A DNA stretch of 64,000 nt from Camelus ferus (lineage: Eukaryota). A program made the position numbers and the translations under genes. Every line of letters begins with the position of its first letter. The first letter of the stretch is position 1. The stretch lies in the NCBI RefSeq assembly GCF_009834535.1, contig NC_045697.1:12030001-12094000 (forward strand). The letters run 5' to 3'. The notes under the pieces are model-generated. The model saw only the letters and a list, made by a program, of their open reading frames with translations, made no database searches and had not been told where the DNA came from. Shown piece after piece: positions 37,895 through 48,294 of this stretch.

Positions 37895-38366
37895 ACAATC
37901 CTGGAGAATGTCATTCTAAGTGAAGTAAGCCAGAAAGAGAAAGAAAAATACCATATGAGATCGCTCATATGTGGAATCTAAAAAACAAAAACAAAAACAA
38001 ACAAACAAACAAAAACAAAGCGTAAATAAAGGACAGAAATAGACTCACAGACAGAGAATACAGACTTGTGATTACCAGGGGGGTGGAGGGTGGGAAGGGA
38101 TAGACTGGGATTTCAAAATTGTAGAATAGACTACACTGTATAGCACAGGGAAATATACACAAAATGTTATGATAACTCACAGAGAAAAAAATGTGACAAT
38201 GAGTGTGTATATGTCCATGAATAACTGAAAAATTGTGCTGAACACTGGAATTTGACACAACATTGTAAAATGATTATAAATCAATAAAAAATGTTAAAAA
38301 AACAAACAAAAAAATAAGTAAAAATAAAGCTATTATAGTTTAAAAATAAAAAAAAGTACAATCCTG
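37895..38366 (+). mobile_element. Young 5'-truncated LINE-1 3' end with 9-bp target-site duplication
   Basis: ACAATCCTG occurs at 37895-37903 and 38358-38366. It flanks L1 3' sequence (GAGAATGTCATTCTAAGTGAAGTAAGCCAGAAAGAG...TTGACACAACATTGTAAAATGATTATAAATCAATAAA) and an A-rich tail. Confidence 0.9.
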
Positions 38367-38399
38367 TTGCCCTCCTTCCTTTTTTTTTAATATACCATC

Positions 38400-38824
38400 T
38401 GTGGCAGATTAAGTGCATTAACAGCCCCAGCTCTTCACCCACCACTGTATTCACTCTCTTTGCCCTAACATTTTACAGCGCCCTCTCACTGCCTCACCTG
38501 TGGGATGCGCTCTGGCTAACGGCATCCTAGCGAAACGATGCGACCTGAAGCTGAGAAGCTGCTCGGGATTTATGCTCACACGCACACCTGCTGCAGCCAC
38601 GAGAACGTGCTGGGGCTGGCTTGCGGGAAGGATCTGAGACACACGCAGCAGGGCTGAGCGGTCCCACCTGACAGCCAGCCAACCTCAGGACACGCGAGGG
38701 GGCCCAGCCAAGACCCAGAGAGTCTTCTGGCCTTATTTGCCAATCACTGACTCATGAGTGAAAGAAATGCTACTGCTTCTGGGTGTTTGTAGCGTAGCAC
38801 TGTTGTGGCAATAGATAAATGACA
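38400..38824 (+). mobile_element. MaLR solo LTR (MLT1G/H-like)
   Basis: Starts TGTGGCAGATT and ends GCACTGTTGTGGCAATAGATAAATGACA, typical MLT1 termini. Confidence 0.65.
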
Positions 38825-39143
38825 GACCATCTCTTCTCAACTGTGTCCTCACCACAATGTTTACACAAGTGCAAGGTCCCTCATTCCTTAAAAAACAAGG
38901 CTTCACTCAATCTTTTGTTTCATCAGGTTAATATTTTAGAGCTAGATTGCTTTAACAAGTTGTCCTAGACGTGCTATCACTATTTTCCATACCTTTTATT
39001 CTTCAACCTGCTCCAGTCTAGCTTCCAGGCCTTTACTCCACAGCCCTTACTAAAGTCATTCATGAAATGGTAAGTTGAATGAATGATCTTTAGTTTTCAA
39101 CTTCTTTATCCTAACAGCATTCAACACTGTTGGCCATTTCCTC

Positions 39144-39479
39144 TGCTATGGACTGGATTGCCTACCTCCCCACCTGGCCCAGACTGACACGTTGAAGCCC
39201 TAACCCCCATAGTGAGAGATACAGGGCCTTTAGGAGGTACTTAAGGTAACATGAAGTCATAAGGCAGGGGCATAATCCAATAGGATTGGTGTCCCTATGA
39301 GAGGAGGAGACACCAGAGAACAGGAAAGCGGCCTGCAAGCCAGGAAGAGAGCTCTCGCCAGGAACGGGGCCCTCTAGCGCTCGATCGTGGGCTTTCCAGC
39401 CTCCAGAACCGCGAGACAACTCACTTCTGTTGTTTAAGCCATGCAGCCTATGTTGCAGCAGCCTGAGCAGAGTAAGATA
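39144..39479 (+). mobile_element. MaLR solo LTR (MLT1A-like) inserted in L2
   Basis: TGCTATGGACTG..GTTGAAGCCCTAACCCCCA..TTCCAGCCTCCAGAACCGCGAG..TTCTGTTGTTTAAGCC..GCAGCCTGAGCAGAGTAAGATA. Flanks TCCTC/CCCTC look like a degenerate 5-bp TSD. Confidence 0.82.
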
Positions 39480-39909
39480 CCCTCTTGTCTGAGACTCACT
39501 CTTGTTTCTGGCTTCTAAGACAAAACACAGTACTGATTCTCCTCGGCTTCCTCCTGTCACTGCAAGGCCTCCCGCTCTACCTGGCTGACACATGCTGGGA
39601 TTCTCAGGGTTGAGTCCCAGGTCTTTCCTTCCTGTTCCACAACCTCTCCTTGGCTCTCGTCCAGATGCAGCGTCAGTCATCAGCGATGGCCGAGGTACCT
39701 TCCCGAGCACTCAGCCCAACGTAGCTCCCCTAGAAATCCTCATAGCATCCAATTTCATGAACACAGAGTTCACCTGATGTTTTCTACTTACGCCCTCCCA
39801 CTAAAATACAAGCTTGATGAAGAGTACAGATTCTTGTTGGTCTTGTTTATTTCCAGCACACAGCATACAGCAACTGGATAAATATTTGTTAAACAAATAA
39901 ATCTGGGAT

Positions 39910-40480
39910 GTTTGCTTCTAGTCATGATGAAGTAATAAAATGAGTTTGCCCTCTCACTTTTAATGACTTAAAAAATAAACACAAAATATATGAAACAATG
40001 TTTCTAAGATAATGGATGACAGGAATGCAGGATGGCAGTGAACTCTGAAAAAGGGGAAACAAAGGAAGTAAGCTCTAACATTTGCTCTGGCTTACTGCCT
40101 GGAGACTTTCTGGGCTGTATATAGGGGGGAACCCAAAGAGAACTTGGAAATCTTCCCAAGAAGACAGAGTTTAGAGGTGAGGGAGTCCAAGGTGACTAGA
40201 ATGTGTGGGGCGATATACAGGAGAGAGCACTGCAGAGAGAGCCAGCTCCAGCGACCCCTGAAGTCTGGAGATAAACACTGATCAGTACACGAATGTTTCC
40301 CAAGGCTGTGAAAAGGACCAGGTGGAGAATACCCAGAGGCCATGTAGGACTGGATATAATTTGTGTTCCCACCGGAAAGAATGCAGAGCTAGCAGCTGAG
40401 GCGTTAAGCATGCCTCGGACAGGTGCTGGTACTGCCACACGAGGGGTGAAATTAGCCACTGACAGTCCACACACATGGCT
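39910..40480 (+). mobile_element. Old LINE-1 5'-end fragment (L1MC/L1MD-like)
   Basis: CAAAATATATGAAACAATG..AAGGGGAAACAAA..CTTACTGCCTGGAGA..GGGAGTCCAAGGTGACTAGAATGTGTGGGGC resembles ancient L1 5'UTRs. Confidence 0.55.
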
Positions 40481-41799
40481 CTGGAGAACCTGCACGTTCT
40501 TGCCTTCACTCACTCTTCAGTCTTCATCGCACCTGACATCATGCTCTCCCTTCTCTCTCGACTTCAGACACACCAGTCACGTCTTACCCGTCTTACCCGC
40601 CAAGAACACTGGACCTCGTGGGTTTTTTCACATTCAGTTCTTTCCTCCTGAGAAGTCATTCCTCTCCTCCCAGTTCTCTGCCGCTCGGCCTAGCTGATTC
40701 CTACTCACCCTTCACAGCTCAGCTCAACGCCATGTCCTCCGAGAAGTCTGCCCTCACTTCCCTGACTTGATAAGCTCTCCCTATAAAGAATCCTCATAGG
40801 ACCACCTACTAAGAACTTGTAAGATTTGTGTAATTGTTTTCTCAGTGTCTGCCCCTCCAAATAAACCTGAACCATGAATGGAATGCCTTCTAGTTTTGTC
40901 CCCCATTATTTCCCCTATGTCTAGCACGCTATACTATTGGCATACAGGAGACAAATATTTCTGAAAGAATAAATTAGTGGGGTCTATAGACATAGGCTTC
41001 TAAAATCTAGCTATTTTTATATAATACAGAAACAAAGAAGTAAACAAATTTTCCAGGTTGCCTGGAATTGGAATTGGGGGAGAAAAAAGAAGCCAAAGTC
41101 TTGTTTAAAATTAAACAAAAACAAGGAAGAAAAAAAAACCTGGAAGGATGGTATCATTCAGACCCCTACTCTGCCTTTTTGTTTTTTGGTTTTTTTTTTT
41201 TTTTTTGAATTAAACAATAGGTGAATTCAGTAGGCTTAACATTATGATAATCACAGAATACTCAGCTTCACTACAAAGAAAACTATTTACCACACAGGAA
41301 AAATGAGAGAAATATGGTAGCCAGGAGAGCTGAACTAAGAATTCTGAATTCCTGAGAGAAGAAAAAAGGGATAGCGAAGGGGAGAAGACAACAGTTGAGG
41401 AAGGAATTTAGGGTGTGAAGCACTGAAGTCAATCTCTTTCTAACAGGTGGTAGCAGCTGGTTAAGGAAGAGAAGGGTGACCCTTGAACTTACCTCAGATA
41501 GACAGAGCAGGTCTGGAGGCTGAAGGGAGAGAATAAAGATTTACAAAACAGAATCACACTGGCACTCGTGGCTCCCCCAGCACCACTCTGCTGGATAAAG
41601 ACAGGTCTGGTCCCACAGAGATAAATCAAAACGGAACAACCACATGTGAGAAATGTATTGTGTGGGAGGAGGGGGTGGACAACGGGGGGGAGTGGATGGG
41701 GTGTTGGGATGAACTGGATATAGTAATCTTAATCTACTGAAAAAAGTCCAATGACTGTTTTCCCCTAGTCATACCATGTGAAAATTGCATTGAAATAAA

Positions 41800-41990
41800 C
41801 AGGAGTCGGCAAACTTTCTATGCAAAGGGCCAGATAATGAATATTTTAGGCTCTGCGTGCTTCATGCTCTCAGTTGCAACTACTCAGGTCAGCTTCTGTG
41901 GCATAAAAAGAGCGACAGACATCATATAAGTGAATGACCATGACAACGTTCCAACAAAACTAGTGACAAAGCAGGCCCGGGGCCAGATGC
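41800..41990 (+). mobile_element. MER58A-like hAT element
   Basis: CAGGAGTCGGCAAACTTTCTATGCAAAGGGCCAGATAATGAATATTTTAGGC...GTTCCAACAAAACT. Confidence 0.75.
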
Positions 41991-43969
41991 CCCCATTTGG
42001 AAAGCTACCAGAGCTGCACTACGCAGCCACCAGCGCGGAGAAGCGACAAGTCAGCTTTCTTGGCATTATGCTAATTACGCTGCCAAACTGAAGAAACAGC
42101 TTGAAATATTTTTTGACAAGTTCCCTGAGTTCTTTTTTGATTCTAATGTCTAACAATGCCTGGTCAGTCAAAAGAAATATATACAATATTTGTTGAATAA
42201 ATTGAATAGTTTTTCATGAAAGATGTGGGGTAATTAGTAAATAAAGCAGAAAATCCTGGAAAAGTCAGTAATGGTTGACAAAGCAATGGGATATAAAATA
42301 TGCAAGAAAAATTCTAGGAAAATATATCAAGACAAGGGATTATCAAACAGCTGTTTTATATTTTAATAATAGTATTTATGGCAAGAGTTAGAAACTCTTC
42401 AAAACCTAAAACTCTTCTCTGTACTCAGTTCCTGAGAAAATTACAATGATGGGCAGAAAACCCAACTGTAAACAGAAAGGATTTTTATTAGAAATTCTTG
42501 ACTTCATTAGAATATTTTAAATTACTGGGTCACAGTTTCACAGTTTCGCTTACAGCACTGGCAGGTAGCAAGTGGTCATATGAAGCCCATGTAAAAGGGA
42601 ATAGGTCGATGCATTTATTAATTTCTTTACATTAAAATATCTGTCTTTGTTTCATCCAGTTCTGATCAAATTAAGACTGTGGATTAGTTAAGACTTGAGG
42701 AGACACTGATCTCATATGTTTTCCTGAATTCATATAATATTTTCTCATGGTTTATCATACAGGGAGGAAAACCAGCTGAATTGACTGCAGCTCTTCCTTC
42801 CTTAACTCACTGAGAAATAAAATCTAATATACAAAAAAGAACTTACAAAATAGACTGATCAAAACATGATCATTTTGGAGTATTTACCACAGTGTTCATT
42901 TAATGGTGAATCTTAACAAAGCACTTAACAATTTAATTTTAATTACTCTAACAATTTATGTACAAGAACAAATCTAGTACATAAATTAACTTGTATTTTT
43001 ACAGTCATTGCATTCTTCCTGGGAACACAACAGTGAGTATAGAGAAACTAGCAGGAAACCATGTAGAGCCGTGTTTCCTGATTATATTCCCCGAACTGTG
43101 TCCTGTGGAGTGTGACGCTTGAAGACTGTGGCTTAACATGCAAATGGAGCACTGTGACTCAGGGAGCACAGGAAAGAGAACCGAACGTTTCCCAGTGTTA
43201 TCAGACCACAGATCCCCTTGCATCCAGAACGTCTTGGTGGACTAGTGCGTCACGGAACACACCTTTGGAATGCTTGTAGCCAACTAGATTAAGGTGGTGG
43301 AATTATCTGGAAACACCTTTCTATCAAAATGAAATTTGGAAAATCATCTACTCCATGCTTCCATTAGATAATAATTATGATGCTGAAAACGGCACACGAA
43401 GAGACCCTTAACCCTAAATTTTGTTTTTAAGTGTTTAAAAATATTCTATGCCGAGGGTTGCCTCAACCATACAAATTGAAAAGAACATCTTGAGTTAGGT
43501 CTCCAAAAATGTGGTAAAGTGTTCACTAGCAGGAACAGAGAAGAATGTGTGGTTAGTCTCAGTTTTAGGTAGTTAAAGAAGTATACTATTAGTTACAATT
43601 GCCCATCAGTTATATACCTGAGTGAAAACCAGAATTCTGAATGGAAAAAGTACATGTATATTCAGTCATTTTTGAGGACAGATGACAAAACGGGAGAAGC
43701 TGACAAACTGACCTTTTTTTCACTCATCTCAGAATCCAATTCAAGGTGTGAACTTGAATTCTGAATTTTTATGGGAAACTTAACATTTTAGAATGAATAC
43801 TATCAGGACAGTAGCTTTAAGTACACATTAGGTTATTCTACTCTTAAAATTTCCCCAGAGGTGTCCGAAGTCCGTTTATTATATCCAGATATATATCAGT
43901 TAGGAAAAAGCACACATTTGCTTTGGGAACTGAAAAGACACTGACATTAAAAAGGTCTATATTACTATT

Positions 43970-45910
43970 TTCAATAGTCACACTCAGTGTTAGGCCATTA
44001 TCACCTCAAAAATCATCTCACGACTGGCCCTTCACACACCCCCATTCTACCCTCCCCCTCAAGTCTATATTGTGCACAACTATTAGAAAAAGACTCCCTA
44101 GAATTACACTTGGAGTCTGTAATTTCTCATAATTCACAGAATAAACTCTTGGTTTGATCTCTTTGTTCTTCTGTTACACTCACTTGGTGAACACAGTTAC
44201 TATCAAATCTAAGGGCCCAGCTTTCTCCAAGCTTATATTCTGGCAGCCGAGATAAGATCACAAAGCTGTTCAATCTTGTCATCTCTTGAGACAGTATTTC
44301 AAACCTTATCCACAGAGCCCAGTACTCACCGCACCACTCTGCGTTACTCCTTGGTACCACAGACTCTACCATCCCCAACATGCTGCCCAGAAACTTGGGA
44401 GCTGATCTGCATCCCCATCTATCGTTCTCACCATTCTCACGTTTGGGAGGGAAGCGACTCTTCCAACCAATGCCCTATAATATTCAGTAATCAACTCAGG
44501 GACTTCACTCCATTTCTGCTACCGGCCACCTCACTTTTCTGTCTTCAGCCTTTCAGTTTCCACTGGCTTCTCCCCACTGGCATCTATGTATCTATTTTTT
44601 TTCTTTTTTAAAACCTGCCTTCAACTGGGCTTCTTCTCATCGCCTCCCCATCTCCTCTCCAAAAGCAACCATTTACAGTTTTCTGTGCTAGTTTTCGTCA
44701 TTTCCTCTTCCTGCATTTACTCAGTCATAAGATTTCTGACTCTATAAGTCCATCAAAACTGCTCTCTCCCAAATCTCTAAAATAACCTCTTGTGCTATCC
44801 TGACTGGAACATTTCAAGGCCTAACTGACCTCTTTTATCAACATTTTACACTGTTGTTTTTTCCCTTAAAACACACTTCTTTCACCACACACTCCCGGCT
44901 TTCCTCTTCCCTCCTGACCACTCTCAGCAGTCCCCTTGTACACCTCTCTTCTTTCCTTTAGGCTCTGAGACCCGAGGTTCTTCACATTTTACACTGAGCA
45001 ATCTCTTCCACTCTCGTGGCTTCAGTTACTTGCTGACCCCCAAATTTTACCTCCAGCTCAGACCTCTCTCCTGAGCAACAAACCCATATTAACTAACTGC
45101 TTTCTAAAGCATCTTTTCTTGGATATCCCACTACATACCTCAAATTCGTTATGTCTAAAATGGAACGTTACTAGCACCTACCCAGATGTTCAAGCCCCAA
45201 AACTTGGATGTTATCCTTTGTTCCTCTATTTTCTAAAACAGATTAATTCTACTTCATAGATCTCTCTCAAATACATCTGTTCTTCTCCAGTAATGATACT
45301 ATCATAAGGGCTCAAGACATTTTTTTCATTAACTGATGCTGACCTCACAGTTTGGGCTGTTTACCCCAGTAGCTTTATCTTTTGCCATTTTCTCAGTCAC
45401 CCTCTACCCCATTCTTAATTCTTATTTTGTGCCTCAGCTATATGAACTAAATTACTCAGTGTTTCAGCTCTCTTCTGTCACCCAAATTTTCCATATGCAA
45501 TTTCCTTCTGCAGAAAATACTCTCTGGACTGCTAATACTTTGACATCCTTCAAATCCCAGCTTAGATGTGACTATGTAGGAATCCTTGCCTAACCCTCTA
45601 AGCCTGCGTTCAGCTTCCCTCCTATGCGCTCCTACAGTCCACCTCCCTCTCCCATCACAGCACTCACCTCTCTCCTGGGCTTCCTCTTCCCTGTCCCCCA
45701 TGAGACAGTAAGCTCCACAAGAGTACAAACCATGACTTTAACCATTCTACCCTCTTAAAACATAACATCCCACTTAAAACATAAAATACACTCTACTATT
45801 GAAAAAATAAATGACACAGGTCTTGTTTTCTCACTTAGACGGCAGAAGAACTTTTCGAACCTTCCACAGTGCCTAAGAGCATATTACAGGCATTCATTAT
45901 TTGTTGAACT
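43970..45910 (+). mobile_element. Fragmented LINE-2 remnants
   Basis: Pyrimidine-rich L2-like text (CTCCAGCTCAGACCTCTCTCCTGAGC; CTTGGATATCCCAC..ACCTCAAATT..ATGTCTAAAATGGAAC; TGAGACAGTAAGCTCCA) ending in TATTTGTTGAA. Confidence 0.6.
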
Positions 45911-48294
45911 AAGAATAGATTAGAACTGCATTTCTTCTTCCTTTCCATGTCTGTAGTTGATATAAAGAAGTACAAATGTAATGAGTATAACTTTAAAAAT
46001 CCCGTGTATTAAACTGTATCTGGACAGTTAATCTTGAAATGTATAAAAGCAAGACATTCACGGTAGAGGCAAAACTCTTCATCAATAGAAATATTCCATG
46101 ATTCATTGTATACATTGCCCTAGGAATTCTCCTAGAAAAGGCCTGTTGTTAAAAGTCTCTCAAATTTCCAGTCAATAATAATTCTATGAAGAAGAAAAAC
46201 ACATATAAAACTAATAATGAATTTTAGTGTCATTCCCAAGAGGCAAAAAGAAGTATGAAATATCAAGAATGAGAAAAAACAACACTTTAAGAAACATGTA
46301 AAAATCAGATAAATATAACAAATATTGCTATAAATACAACTTTATAAAAATAATGGCCTTGTTGATTGAGTGAAAAAGAATGTTAAAAAATAAAGAAGGA
46401 AAGTTATCAGTGAAAGATAAATAAAATTTTAAGCAGAACAGGGACTATTACTAGCACTCTTAAAAAGGAGAAACGGTGAAAAACAACTCAATATGGCACT
46501 AAAATTTTTTTAAGTATCACCAAAGGATTTGAAATTAATTTGAAAAAGTAATAATTAGGCATCTTCCATCTTTTTTTCTAGGGTGATCGCATATTTAGTG
46601 AGATGAAGAATCGTATTAAAATAAATTTTATATTTATACCTTAGAAAGATACAATGGTTAAGAAGTTGGAAGGATAAAACACAGTTCTGTTGAAAAATGA
46701 CAATGTAAACTACCTTTACTATGAAATGAGGATGTACATGTATAAAGAATTAAAAATGAAGCACTATATTTTATTCTCCATTCGTGACAGTTTTAAAAAT
46801 ACGTGTGAATATTTTTAGGCGAATTAAAAGTTTTTTTTTTTTTAAATTACTATTAGACTTCTCTCTTTTTTGTGACATACTTTTTGTTATAATTATTTTT
46901 AGTTATCCTTAGGGCAAGAAACAAAGGGCACTGCTTTTAGATTTGCTTCATCTTTCATAATGGAGACTCTAATTTGACCACCGTTAAAATTTCAATCATT
47001 GCATGTTAGAGAGTTAACATTTTTTAATCCCTGCATGTTAGATATTACTGAAATAGGTATTTTAAAGTTATTCAGTTAAGCAATTAAATTTGGGGGGGGT
47101 CATAATAATCTTTTAGCTTATCAAATCTTGAGTTTAATTACTGCTTTTAATATTTTAATCTAAGACCTGAGAAATTTTTTTTAAGCTTTTATGTAAGTTT
47201 TTTAAGAAGGTAACAAAGATAAAGCCAACAATACCTCCCCAACCCCACAAAAGATTCCCCTAAAGTAGACAATGTAACAGTGCAACCACATGATAAGATA
47301 TCCTTAAATTTCCACTCTTTCATGTCAGGGAAGTAATCAACAGGCACTACCACACTCCTACATACTCTGAATTGTCCAGCACCCATCAATCAGCAGAGAT
47401 GGAACTGGCTATGTTGGTAGCTACAGTGTTTATATCCCATTTTTGCTAGGTTCTAATGGTAACAGTCTCCCTGAGGCACCACTGTCAGGTCAGCATAACT
47501 GTATAAACCACATAACTACTTGCTAAAGTAATTTCAGTAATTTGCCTTCTGAATTTAGCATCACTTAAAATTACCTGTATATGACCTTCTCCCTTGCCAG
47601 GCTGTGGATTATCCCTGGAAATAAATCCTCATCTTTATTTCCATGGGATCTAATTCAATGTCTGTTCAACAAGTTTGATGATTTATTGGGAAAAAATATC
47701 TTGTTCCTTGACACTCTTTAAATAAACACAATCTTAAAGTGGTCCCCAAAGGGCCTAACAACTTAATGGTGAATGTGAGACTGATACCCTAGGATTATGA
47801 CACGTTATAGTCTTTTATCAATTTAGCAATGAGATAGTCTTTATTTCTCTCCACGTGGTCTCAAAGTTACTAATCTATCAAGACAATAAATATATATTAG
47901 CCTGCAGTGTAGTAGTTAACTTTTAGAAGGTGACTTGGTCATATTTATTTGTCCAACTGTTTTCTGTATTTTATATTAAACCTACCTGATGCAAAAGTAG
48001 ATAATGTAATGTTTACTTTAATGACATATATTTAGTAGAAATTTTCTATGTCTCTACTGAATACACTTTAATTTGCCTGTAATCCCAGAAACATTTAGAT
48101 TTGGGGAAGTGCACTGGGACATTTAGCAACACCTAATTTCATGAGTTTCATACTAGGTGCCAAGGAAATAAGACTGTCCAGATATTTTGGAAATCAATTA
48201 AAACTAAATCAGCTGTTCCTTTCCTACCCATTATCTCATACTTTACACAAGGCACCTATAATGAAACTTTAAAATTAAGTACAGAAAAACTTAC

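Noticed and set aside
39162..40697. ORFs of 182, 134 and 105 aa
   Set aside because: They lie within MLT1/L2/L1 remnants with raised GC and resemble no protein I recognise.
41175..41640. Poly(T) run as the tail of a minus-strand processed pseudogene
   Set aside because: No adjacent poly(A) signal, ORF or target-site duplication that I could identify.
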